From a virus: a stretch of 45,730 bases of DNA. Of this stretch, positions 1 through 7,405 are shown one piece after another. The position numbers were made by a program, and so were the translations under genes. The DNA lies in IMG/VR virus record IMGVR_UViG_3300045988_115899, positions 1-45,730 of that record. One strand, 5' to 3'. The first letter of the stretch is position 1, and every line of letters starts with the position of its first letter. Under the pieces are notes generated by a model that was not told where the DNA came from, did not search any database, and saw only the letters and a program-made list of their open reading frames with translations.

Positions 1-55
1 CCCCCCCCGCAGGCAAAGCAACTGAATACCTTGCCTTTATCTTTTGTAAACGCCG
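1..55. repeat. Terminal overlap, identical to 45676..45730 (circular closure of the assembly)
   Basis: Read directly: both window ends are ccccccccgcaggcaaagcaactgaataccttgcctttatcttttgtaaacgccg. Joining them restores one continuous ORF. Confidence 0.9.
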
Positions 56-92
56 CATCTTTAAGCGACCAATCATAAGTGATATTTTTCAT
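1..92 (-). CDS. DNA (cytosine-5)-methyltransferase, 5' end (ATG at 92..90); the gene continues across the circular junction into 45675..44700
   Basis: Minus-strand translation MKNITYDWSLKDAAFTKDKGKVFSCFACGGG supplies SAM-binding motif I (F-x-G-x-G), which the 322-aa ORF-track product lacks. ATGA start/stop overlap with 89..1024. Confidence 0.85.
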   Translation of the reverse strand, partial: MKNITYDWSLKDAAFTKDKGKVFSCFACGG

Positions 93-1024
93 TTTAAATA
101 GTCTTTTATATTTTTGCCCTCTTTCACCAGCTTATCAAAACATTGCTCTATTGCTCGGTGCTGTGCGTATTTAAAAGCTCCCGTTTTGACATCTTCGTGG
201 CTTTCACCCTGCAAGCGGATAATGCTCGCTTGGAATGGCTTTATAAGCCTTGACGCTATACGCTGCTTAACTTCTGCCATTGCCTTGTGTAAATCATCTT
301 CGTTTATTTCAGCCTCTATTAACTTATTGTCTGCAAGCTGCTTATAACACATAAACATTTGTGTTTCTGTGAGCTGTGGCAACTTTCCGTTTTCCTTGTA
401 ATGCTCGAAAGCCTCAACAAGTACATTTGCAAATTTCCGCATCGCCTTTTCTTGTTCCTCGTCTGTCGCCTCCAACTGTGGAACTTTGGCGAACACCTTG
501 CCGAATACAATACCCTGCCTCTCTTCATAGGCTTTGAGTATCTTTGAGAAATACTCGGTATTGAATTGTTGGTAGTGGCTTTTGTCAGCCTTTCCGTATT
601 TGTCCTTTGGCAAATACTCGTCAAGCTCTCCAACCATAGCCAGTTCAAACGCCAACTTTACATCTTTCAAGCTCATTTGTGGAAAATATTTGCGCAACAT
701 ATCCAAAAGGCGTGTTTGCCTGTACTGCCAATCTTCCGTGTTTGTCGGTATAATAAAGCCAACATCATTTGCGATACCACGAAAAAGCATTTTTGCCATT
801 TCTACAAGCTGTACGGTATCTTCATACTCGCCCAACTGCTTTAAAGTACTTGCCGTGAATATTTCCTGCTCGATACGTGTTAAGCCTTTGAGCGTCTCGG
901 GCAATTGCACCAGCGCACGGCGTAAGTCTACCGCCTTTTGCCCTTGTTGTGGTGCGTACAACATCAAAGACGCTTTGCGCCTTAATGTTGGCGTGTTTGC
1001 CGCTTTTACAATATCATTTGCCAT
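89..1024 (-). CDS. Hypothetical protein (311 aa), neighbour of the replication initiator
   Basis: Long ORF. Its ATG lies 4 nt after the Rep stop and its stop overlaps the MTase ATG. No motif recognised by eye. Confidence 0.7.
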   Translation of the reverse strand: MANDIVKAANTPTLRRKASLMLYAPQQGQKAVDLRRALVQLPETLKGLTRIEQEIFTASTLKQLGEYEDTVQLVEMAKMLFRGIANDVGFIIPTNTEDWQYRQTRLLDMLRKYFPQMSLKDVKLAFELAMVGELDEYLPKDKYGKADKSHYQQFNTEYFSKILKAYEERQGIVFGKVFAKVPQLEATDEEQEKAMRKFANVLVEAFEHYKENGKLPQLTETQMFMCYKQLADNKLIEAEINEDDLHKAMAEVKQRIASRLIKPFQASIIRLQGESHEDVKTGAFKYAQHRAIEQCFDKLVKEGKNIKDYLK

Positions 1025-1027
1025 AGC

Positions 1028-1834
1028 TTATAAATTTAAATAATCTACCATTTGGCTGTAATTAGCACTGTTCGTTTGTTCTCGATATTGAGGCTTTAAT
1101 TTCAAAATTCCTTTTTCATAATCTCTTTTCATAAAATCTCGCAATGTAGCTAACCACCCTCTTTCAGTTCTTTTTGTATCGCTTTTAAAGCTCCAATCTA
1201 AAACACTATCGTAATAAGCCAAAATATCTATTTTTTCATATTCTGCCTTGTTAAAATATTCAAGTACAAAATTTTTCGTCAAAATTGGATTGTCGCCGAA
1301 AAGCATTTTCTTTTCTTTATTATACTTGTTTATTTTCTTATCTTCTAATAGTTCTTTATTATATGCCCCCCCATTTTTACTGTGGGCTGTTTTTTCAGTA
1401 GGCTGTTTTTTCAGTGGGCTGTTTTTTTCAGACACTGTATTTTCCTGTGTGTCTGAATTTTCAGCCTCGAAATCTTCAAATAAATTTCTTTCCTGCACTT
1501 TATTTTCCTTTGGCTTACTCATTAGTTCAGATAAGCCGCCTACTGTGTCGCTAATATAATAATGCTGTCCACACAAGCGACCATTCTCGTGGTGCGCCTT
1601 GCGTACACAATAGCCCAAATTTATAAGTTCACGGAAAGCCTTTAATATTCGGCTTTCTTTCTCTTCAAATTTATTTGCCACTTGCGCCACGCTAATGTGC
1701 CACGTTTGTGGTAGGCTTAGAAGATAAACAAAAACTCCTTTTGTAAAAAACGACATTTCGGTGCTTTGCAATATCTCATTACTCAATATTGTAAAATTTT
1801 CGCCGTTGTTGTGTCTGAAAATTTTGTGTTCCAT
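1028..1834 (-). CDS. Replication initiator / replisome-organiser-like winged-HTH protein
   Basis: N-terminus FTILSNEILQ..FTKGVFVYLLSLPQTWHISVAQVA..AFRELINLGY resembles phage/plasmid Rep and DnaD-like wHTH domains. Three iterons lie inside its linker. Start trimmed from 1870 to M13 (ATG 1834) because the extension runs through a leader hairpin. Confidence 0.55.
   Translation of the reverse strand: MEHKIFRHNNGENFTILSNEILQSTEMSFFTKGVFVYLLSLPQTWHISVAQVANKFEEKESRILKAFRELINLGYCVRKAHHENGRLCGQHYYISDTVGGLSELMSKPKENKVQERNLFEDFEAENSDTQENTVSEKNSPLKKQPTEKTAHSKNGGAYNKELLEDKKINKYNKEKKMLFGDNPILTKNFVLEYFNKAEYEKIDILAYYDSVLDWSFKSDTKRTERGWLATLRDFMKRDYEKGILKLKPQYREQTNSANYSQMVDYLNL
1383..1431. repeat. Three tandem 16-17 bp direct repeats (iteron-like), candidate replication origin
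   Basis: gtgggctgttttttca / gtaggctgttttttca / gtgggctgtttttttca lie head-to-tail at 1383, 1399 and 1415, next to an AT-rich stretch (about 1240..1365) and a C7 run. Confidence 0.6.
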
Positions 1835-1845
1835 AATTAAAAATA

Positions 1846-1882
1846 CCCGCCAATGGAAGCCACTACACATTCCAAAGGCGGG
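1846..1882 (-). promoter_or_regulatory. Leader stem-loop immediately upstream of the Rep start codon
   Basis: cccgcc-N25-ggcggg (6 G:C pairs, with inner tggaa/ttcca pairing). On the minus strand it is followed by tatttttaatt and ATG 1834. Confidence 0.45.
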
Positions 1883-1943
1883 TTTGTTTTGCTTAAATTA
1901 GCAATTATCTTAAATGCTTGGTAGTGGATAAGCATCTTGTTTC

Positions 1944-1984
1944 AAAAAAAGAGCGGCGCAAAAATCAACGAAAAATCGCCGCTC
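1944..1984 (-). terminator. Rho-independent terminator-like hairpin plus T7 tract
   Basis: Minus strand: gagcggcg-N18-cgccgctc followed by ttttttt. It lies downstream of promoter P1 and upstream of Rep. Confidence 0.6.
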
Positions 1985-2029
1985 ACTGGGGTATTTATTT
2001 TCTCCTACGAATAGAATAAATTGCAGTTG

Positions 2030-2070
2030 CAAATGTAGTATTAATATTTTAAATATCAAAACTTTTTTGC
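2030..2070 (-). promoter_or_regulatory. Bacteroidota-type promoter P1 (extended -33 element plus -7 TAnnTTTG)
   Basis: Minus strand GCAAAAAAGTTTTG-N19-TACATTTG. Confidence 0.5.
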
Positions 2071-2072
2071 AT

Positions 2073-2804
2073 TTATTTTTTATCTATCGACAAAATAGGT
2101 TGATTTATTGGTGCAAACGACTGCTTGACCAACTTCACATTTTCCTCGCTCTCATTAGGTATCAATGAAACGACGGGGAAGCGGCTGTTGTCGTTTGGCT
2201 TTTGAGACGTAGCGAATTGCACGTGCAAATCAAATATAACGCCACGTACACGCCCTTTACTCGCAAGTACAGCGTCAAAAGCGTTGCGTATCTGTGGAAT
2301 GGTGCTCGCCGCCCCCTTTGTAGTGAACGACCACACGCCAGCAATACCACGCACGGCGGGAATAACGAATGTTAGCGTAAGTGTTACGCTCCAACCGTCA
2401 AAGCCTGCACGCACCGCCCTATTAGGGTATTTTTGCGCTACACCTTGCATCAAGTTGGGGTACTCTTTTATTGAAAACACTTTGTATTCTTTACCGTTCC
2501 AAATGCTGAACGTTTCGCCGTCGCCATAAGCCACAAGCCCGCCTGCATCGTCCCTATACTCGTAACGCTCGGCGCACACCTTTTCGGGCGCATCATCGGG
2601 AAATACTATTTGTATAGTCGAGGGTTTCTCGCCGTAAGCCTTTGCAAACAAACTTGCGTATTTGCCACTGGGTATAAAGTAGTCGGTGCTCGTGGGATAT
2701 TCCTTGCCACTTTTCCCAACTACTTTTTTGCCTATGTGTAACGTTCCAACACGTGGCAAAGCAAGCCTATTATCGGGCGTTTGTCTTATTATTCTACCAC
2801 TCAT
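2073..2804 (-). CDS. Hypothetical protein (243 aa); possible recombination partner of the upstream nuclease (position only)
   Basis: ORF starts 3 nt after the nuclease stop. No motif recognised. Confidence 0.65.
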   Translation of the reverse strand: MSGRIIRQTPDNRLALPRVGTLHIGKKVVGKSGKEYPTSTDYFIPSGKYASLFAKAYGEKPSTIQIVFPDDAPEKVCAERYEYRDDAGGLVAYGDGETFSIWNGKEYKVFSIKEYPNLMQGVAQKYPNRAVRAGFDGWSVTLTLTFVIPAVRGIAGVWSFTTKGAASTIPQIRNAFDAVLASKGRVRGVIFDLHVQFATSQKPNDNSRFPVVSLIPNESEENVKLVKQSFAPINQPILSIDKK

Positions 2805-2807
2805 AAT

Positions 2808-4055
2808 TTAAAAGTCTAAATTTGATTTTAGTAAAGACACCGTTTTTTGCGTTTTAACGGCTTCTTTTTTGCTTTCCTTACTACTTACAGCCTTTTTGGT
2901 TTTAGGCTTTGTAGCGGCTTTCTTTGTGGCTCTTTTGGCTTTTTTTTCAACCTTTGCCACTGTCTTTTTGGCTTTAGTTGTCTTTTTAGCCTTTTTCGTA
3001 GCCTCAACGGGCGTCAAATCTTGCTCGCTCACGGCTTTTTCTTCCGTTGGCTTTTCCTCCTCTTTTTTCGTCTTTGTTTTTACCAACTCGGCAAGTGTTA
3101 GGTTGGTTACATTTGGTGTCAAATCTTTGTTCTCCAAAGAAATAAAGCCATTGCAAGCTGTAAAGGTGTTATCTCGTTTGCTGTCCTCGATAGCTGCCAA
3201 CTCCAACAAATAAGGTATTTTCTTTGCCTCGATACTGTCCGTTTGGTCTTTCAAATGATAGGTTGGGTATTTGCGCCAGTCTTTAGGCGCAAAGTTAAAT
3301 ACTTTGTCGATAGGTTGGTTTTCAAAATTTGCCTCCCACATCATTTTATACAGATGTAGTTGTACTTCGTGGTCGGGATAAAAGCCCTTACGACCACTTT
3401 TGAAGTCCACAATAGCCGTAATTCTTTTGTCGCTCCCTGCTCGCTCCAACATCGTGCACGGCAAATCAAGCATACCAGCGTATTTGTAGGTAGGGTGCAC
3501 AAGTGCAATTTCAACCGCCAAAGGCTTAACATCATAATCAAGCACAAAGCGGGCAAAAGCAAGCATATCCTTTTTCAGCTCGTCCGCATAGTTGATAAAA
3601 CCTATCGGCAGTCTGTTAGCCTCGATGTACTTCTTTAGCTCTAAATTCAAGCTGTCCAAATCGTATGTTTTTTCGATAAGTAACCGCTCAAATTGTGAGT
3701 GCATAAATGTACCGTAGCTCGCACGCTCCAACTTGTAGCGTTCTGCCTCATCGTAGCCCATACTTGCCACCCACTTTGTAAGAAAAGGGTTGTTAGGCAT
3801 AGTTTGGCTTAATATTGTGGTTACGCTCGGAAAGAACTCGGGGTTGTTGTTATCGTCAAAACGATAGTAGTATCTGTGCCCCTTGCTATTGAGCTGAAAC
3901 AATTTGTAGGGTGGTTCTACCAGCGCATCAGCGTCAAAAAAAACGCTTTGCATTTCCTGCACTGTAACACCCTGCATTATCTCGATAGCTCCCAACTCCT
4001 GCATTTCTGCAAATGGGTTTTCCTGCTCAACTTGTTGTACTGTATCTTCTTTCAT
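2808..4055 (-). CDS. PD-(D/E)XK (RecB/Cas4/lambda-Exo-like) nuclease with a C-terminal lysine/alanine-rich histone-H1-like tail
   Basis: Motif series GMLDL ... IVDFKSG ... QLHLY. The last ~90 aa read KKAKKTTKAKKTVAKVEKKAKRATKKAATKPKTKK. Confidence 0.6.
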   Translation of the reverse strand: MKEDTVQQVEQENPFAEMQELGAIEIMQGVTVQEMQSVFFDADALVEPPYKLFQLNSKGHRYYYRFDDNNNPEFFPSVTTILSQTMPNNPFLTKWVASMGYDEAERYKLERASYGTFMHSQFERLLIEKTYDLDSLNLELKKYIEANRLPIGFINYADELKKDMLAFARFVLDYDVKPLAVEIALVHPTYKYAGMLDLPCTMLERAGSDKRITAIVDFKSGRKGFYPDHEVQLHLYKMMWEANFENQPIDKVFNFAPKDWRKYPTYHLKDQTDSIEAKKIPYLLELAAIEDSKRDNTFTACNGFISLENKDLTPNVTNLTLAELVKTKTKKEEEKPTEEKAVSEQDLTPVEATKKAKKTTKAKKTVAKVEKKAKRATKKAATKPKTKKAVSSKESKKEAVKTQKTVSLLKSNLDF

Positions 4056-4276
4056 TGTTCGTTATTTTTGTTATTGTTTTTCTCTTCTTCCTTTATCTGC
4101 TCTTCTGTCAGCATAACGCCCCAAAAACAGCAAAGCGATAACGCCATAAATGCAATGTTATTTAAACCTAACACGAGGTAGGTTATTGCAAATATGAATA
4201 ACACATACTTTACGATGTAAAGCTGGCGTAATTCCTTGTTAAGGTTTTCACGCCATTTTTTCAACCACTTATTCAT
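4052..4276 (-). CDS. Small membrane protein (74 aa)
   Basis: Two hydrophobic segments (YVLFIFAITYLVLGL, AFMALSLCCFWGVML). Start and stop overlap the neighbouring genes. Confidence 0.6.
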   Translation of the reverse strand: MNKWLKKWRENLNKELRQLYIVKYVLFIFAITYLVLGLNNIAFMALSLCCFWGVMLTEEQIKEEEKNNNKNNEQ

Positions 4277-4505
4277 TGCTTAAGCCGAATAAATAGTTTG
4301 CATCGCATTGTAGTTCCTCGCAAATGATAGATACCCACTCAATATCTACCTTTTTTGTGCGCCCACCTGCTAAATTAGTCATATTAACTTGCTGGGCGGC
4401 GGGGGTGCTATTTGCCCACAATTTCGCCGCCAACTCTCTCTTTTTTACCTTTTTGCCCAATCGCTCACAACGGGCAATAGCTTCATTTAATCTAAAAACT
4501 TTCAT
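4269..4505 (-). CDS. XRE/Cro-type helix-turn-helix regulator (78 aa)
   Basis: KKRELAAKLWANSTPAAQQVNMTNLAGG fits an HTH_XRE helix-turn-helix, and the C-terminal ANYLFG ending is typical of the family. Confidence 0.55.
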   Translation of the reverse strand: MKVFRLNEAIARCERLGKKVKKRELAAKLWANSTPAAQQVNMTNLAGGRTKKVDIEWVSIICEELQCDANYLFGLSNE

Positions 4506-4511
4506 ATTTAT

Positions 4512-4925
4512 TTAATTATAAAAATTATATCCGCACTCAATGCAGCGCAAACGCTCCCATACTATATTTGTAACTGGTTCAGCGTCATAGTCTGTTTGCG
4601 ATGTTCTGTACTCGCCATCTATAACGCCACACTCACCACCGCAATTTGGGCACTCGCCCTCTCCAAATAACGTGCAATCCATTAGCGTTTGGAAGTGCTC
4701 ACAAGTTGGCGTTTCAATTCCAACGCCTCGCAACACTTCACAAATAGTTGTTATTGGCGTGTTTGGCTTTATAGCCTCTACCAACTCGTAGCCGATGTAA
4801 TTTTCGGGGCTTTCTATCGCTCCACTACCTATTAAAGCATCGGCTATTTTCTCACTCAATATATTAGCGGGGTAACTTGCCACCGCTGCTATATCTTTTA
4901 ACTTGCTGTCTATACGTATCTTCAT
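4512..4925 (-). CDS. Hypothetical protein with C-terminal zinc-ribbon (137 aa), first gene behind promoter P2
   Basis: CPNCGGEC ... CIECG cysteine pairs. A-rich leader aaaaaacaacgaacaATG. Confidence 0.65.
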   Translation of the reverse strand: MKIRIDSKLKDIAAVASYPANILSEKIADALIGSGAIESPENYIGYELVEAIKPNTPITTICEVLRGVGIETPTCEHFQTLMDCTLFGEGECPNCGGECGVIDGEYRTSQTDYDAEPVTNIVWERLRCIECGYNFYN

Positions 4926-4949
4926 TGTTCGTTGTTTTTTATTACGCTA

Positions 4950-4989
4950 CAAAGATACTACTTTATTTTTATTTACCAAAACTTTTTGC
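4950..4989 (-). promoter_or_regulatory. Bacteroidota-type promoter P2
   Basis: Minus strand GCAAAAAGTTTTG-N19-TATCTTTG, 24 nt upstream of ATG 4925. Confidence 0.6.
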
Positions 4990-5012
4990 TAATATTTTGT
5001 GCAAAAACTTTT
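4978..5012. promoter_or_regulatory. Imperfect inverted repeat overlapping the -33 region of P2 (candidate operator)
   Basis: aaaactttttgc (4978..4989) and gcaaaaactttt (5001..5012) match 11/12 as reverse complements, with an 11-nt spacer. Confidence 0.4.
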
Positions 5013-5048
5013 AATTTAAGCCTAAATAACGTTTTGCACCCTCATTTA

Positions 5049-5094
5049 AGCAAAAAGACACCCAACAATACGCAAATATTGTCGGGTGTCTTTT
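5049..5094 (-). terminator. Rho-independent terminator of the accessory operon
   Basis: Interrupted 17-bp hairpin (aaagacaccc/gggtgtcttt outer stem, acaata/tattgt inner stem) running into a T-rich tail. It overlaps the stop codon at 5093. Confidence 0.65.
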
Positions 5095-5686
5095 AATATC
5101 GTTTCCTTATCTTTCTGTGGCGTTCTATTTCTTGCTCTCTATTGTCTTCATAATATTTCCGTTGGTATTTAAGTTTCTTTTCTCTGTTTTGCCTATAATA
5201 GGCTTTTTGCTGCTTACGCCGTTGCTCTGCTTTGTTGGTTATCGCTTCATTGTACAAATACGTACAGTAATTTCCATAATACCCAGTGCGTAACGCTATA
5301 CGAGTGCACTCCAAGCCGTCAATCTCACACAAAGAAACGTATTCAGTGCCCAAAAACCCCAATACCATTTCGAGGGTTACATCGAAATGGTCGTTACCCC
5401 TTTTATTAAAGGCGTGCTTCAATGGATAACCACCCACCACCGTGTAACCCTCCACGTACTCAACATTGCATATAGTAGTAGCTTTGTGGGCGTTCTCGTA
5501 ACACCGCCCCTGCATAGGTGGGAAATACTCTTTAAGGCGTTCTATCTCCTCATTTGTGAGAACATCGTAAACGCTTTTAATCTCCACAACCTTTGCATTG
5601 TCAAGGCAGTATTTGTGCCACTTCTTTTCGCTCACACCCTCTGACTTTTGCCAAAGGGTGTTTAAATGCTTTAAAATTTCACTCAT
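5093..5686 (-). CDS. Candidate transglutaminase/papain-like thiol enzyme with basic C-terminal YYxxNRE repeats (197 aa)
   Basis: QGRCYENAH ... VEGY ... KHAFN ... HFDVT resembles the Cys-His-Asp transglutaminase-like core (G-x-C ... HAW ... D-x-T). The tail reads KAYYRQNREKKLKYQRKYYEDNREQE. Start trimmed to M22 (ATG 5686). Confidence 0.4.
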   Translation of the reverse strand: MSEILKHLNTLWQKSEGVSEKKWHKYCLDNAKVVEIKSVYDVLTNEEIERLKEYFPPMQGRCYENAHKATTICNVEYVEGYTVVGGYPLKHAFNKRGNDHFDVTLEMVLGFLGTEYVSLCEIDGLECTRIALRTGYYGNYCTYLYNEAITNKAEQRRKQQKAYYRQNREKKLKYQRKYYEDNREQEIERHRKIRKRY

Positions 5687-6326
5687 CGCCCCACAGTAAT
5701 TTTGCAATATCATATTTTTTTTGCAAGTCATTGACTGCCTTTTTTGCATACGGCACCGTGTAACTATGCGTTTTAGGATATTTGCCGCTTTTAAGTCCTG
5801 CGTGGTATTCAGTCGCTTCCTCTAACTTGTGCGCAAAATAATCTATGCTTTCGGGCATTGAAAGATTTATTTCATTTTCCCTTTTCGCCCAATATTCAGC
5901 ACGTCGCCTATACTCTTTCTCTTGCTCCATAGCGTCGTGCATCTTGCTAAAATTACGGTCTTTTTCCTCAAATAATTTCCTATGCCTACGTTCCGAATGG
6001 TGTCCCACCTTGATAGGTTCACCCAATGCAAGGAAATCATCGTTTTTTGTAGCTGCTGCAAAATATTTGTCGCTCTTTTCCCCTTGCTTATCTGCTGCAC
6101 TTATAAGGCGTTGCGCCTTTGCCTTTGCTCTCTCTTGTGCGTTGTAACCGTCAGCCCTAACTATGGAATAGTAGTAAAAACCGTTACCCTCTGAAATTTT
6201 ATTGAAAACTATACACTCGTTTTCTTTCCCGTACTTGGTTAATACTTTAATAACTTCTCCCTTTTTGTGTTCTGCGTCGCACTTTGCCACAAATACATTA
6301 GGGCAAAATTTCTTGTAAGTGTTCAT
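5679..6326 (-). CDS. DUF3560-like protein (215 aa)
   Basis: LGEPIKVGHHSERRHRK followed by a charged helical region matches the G-x-P-I-L-V-GHHSE-x-R-x-R signature I associate with DUF3560. Start trimmed to M63 (ATG 6326), 8 nt after the upstream stop. Confidence 0.55.
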   Translation of the reverse strand: MNTYKKFCPNVFVAKCDAEHKKGEVIKVLTKYGKENECIVFNKISEGNGFYYYSIVRADGYNAQERAKAKAQRLISAADKQGEKSDKYFAAATKNDDFLALGEPIKVGHHSERRHRKLFEEKDRNFSKMHDAMEQEKEYRRRAEYWAKRENEINLSMPESIDYFAHKLEEATEYHAGLKSGKYPKTHSYTVPYAKKAVNDLQKKYDIAKLLWGDE

Positions 6327-6334
6327 TTTGCAAA

Positions 6335-6625
6335 TTATTTTTGTTTTACGTCCTGTATTCTTTCCCTTTGCTCCTCTATGTATTTTGAACGTGCCATTGG
6401 CGGCAACTCGTAAAGCCCCAAGCTTATCATAAGTATATTTAATTGAGGGTCGTTTACTTCTATGCACCTTTGCGCTACATATTCTAAAATTTCGCCTACA
6501 AGCTTCCAACATAAAGGATAAATACCTTTAGGGCTGCATTCTATCACCTCCTTTAGCAATCTTGGCAAATCAGCACGAAATACCAAGTCGCTCTGTATAT
6601 ATTCATTCAATTTTTTATTTTCCAT
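6335..6625 (-). CDS. Hypothetical protein (96 aa)
   Basis: ORF tightly packed within the operon. No motif recognised. Confidence 0.6.
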   Translation of the reverse strand: MENKKLNEYIQSDLVFRADLPRLLKEVIECSPKGIYPLCWKLVGEILEYVAQRCIEVNDPQLNILMISLGLYELPPMARSKYIEEQRERIQDVKQK

Positions 6626-6628
6626 TGT

Positions 6629-6997
6629 TTATTGATTTATAGTTATTACTTGCATTCTCTCTATTGCCCCACTCGCCCACTTTTGACGGTCTTTTTTCCA
6701 TTCATTAAAAGGCGTTGTTTTTCTTACTTTTTCCCTCATTTCTTTTGGGAAAAAGCGCACGTAGCTTTCGTAACATTCTTTAGGGTGCGTTAGTAAGCTA
6801 TTAGCAATACGCAAACGCCGCCCGTGCTCGCCTTTGCCTACAAGGTCTAAACGCCCAAAGAAAAACGAGCCGTCCACCGTTGCAGCAACAAAATTTCTCT
6901 TGTATAGGTGCTTTGATAGTACCTTTCCTTTGTCGTTTTTAATCTCATAAAGGAATTTTTCGCCTATTGGCGTTTTTGTTAATAAGTATTTATTCAT
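6629..6997 (-). CDS. Hypothetical protein (122 aa)
   Basis: ORF preceded by a GC hairpin and a short leader. No motif recognised. Confidence 0.65.
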   Translation of the reverse strand: MNKYLLTKTPIGEKFLYEIKNDKGKVLSKHLYKRNFVAATVDGSFFFGRLDLVGKGEHGRRLRIANSLLTHPKECYESYVRFFPKEMREKVRKTTPFNEWKKDRQKWASGAIERMQVITINQ

Positions 6998-7006
6998 ATT
7001 GAAAAG

Positions 7007-7024
7007 GCGGGGCTTTCACCCCGC
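7007..7024 (-). other. Intercistronic GC-clamp hairpin (RNA loop uGAAAg)
   Basis: Minus strand gcgggg-tgaaag-ccccgc, then cttttcaat, then ATG 6997. Confidence 0.55.
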
Positions 7025-7031
7025 TGTTTTG

Positions 7032-7343
7032 TTATTTTTTAGATGCTGAATACTGCCCGTATGGTCGGTAAGTGTTTATTGTTATGAGTTTGCCACCCTC
7101 TGAAATGCACAACCCCATTGCGAAGTCTTTGCAGTTAGCGTACCAATTCTCGCTTTTTTCGTCTTTGTCGGTTGCGTGCTTAAAAGCAAATTCTTTAATT
7201 CGCTGCAAGTCGTCTTCGTTGGTTGTAAACATAAATGTTCTGTACTCTCCACTAATAACGCTTCTAACGAATTGCGCACCATTTCTAACTGTTACTTCTA
7301 CCTCTTCTAACTCTGGGTGAATGTTTACTTTAAATGTTTTCAT
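7032..7343 (-). CDS. Hypothetical protein (103 aa), first gene behind promoter P3
   Basis: ORF with an A-rich leader. No motif recognised. Confidence 0.65.
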   Translation of the reverse strand: MKTFKVNIHPELEEVEVTVRNGAQFVRSVISGEYRTFMFTTNEDDLQRIKEFAFKHATDKDEKSENWYANCKDFAMGLCISEGGKLITINTYRPYGQYSASKK

Positions 7344-7405
7344 AATTTGTTGTTTTTTGTTTCCAAGTAATGGCTTGGTTCAGTTGTTATTTACTTAACA
7401 CATTG

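Noticed and set aside
1-55. The 55-bp terminal repeat as a biological direct terminal repeat or a mobile-element end.
   Set aside because: Collapsing the repeat restores a single intact methyltransferase ORF, and the length is typical of an assembler k-mer overlap. A true DTR cannot be fully excluded without reads.
5001-5040. A divergent plus-strand promoter using the second arm (gcaaaaactttt) of the inverted repeat at P2.
   Set aside because: No TAnnTTTG lies 19-21 nt downstream on the plus strand, and there is no credible plus-strand gene to drive. It is better read as an operator-like inverted repeat.
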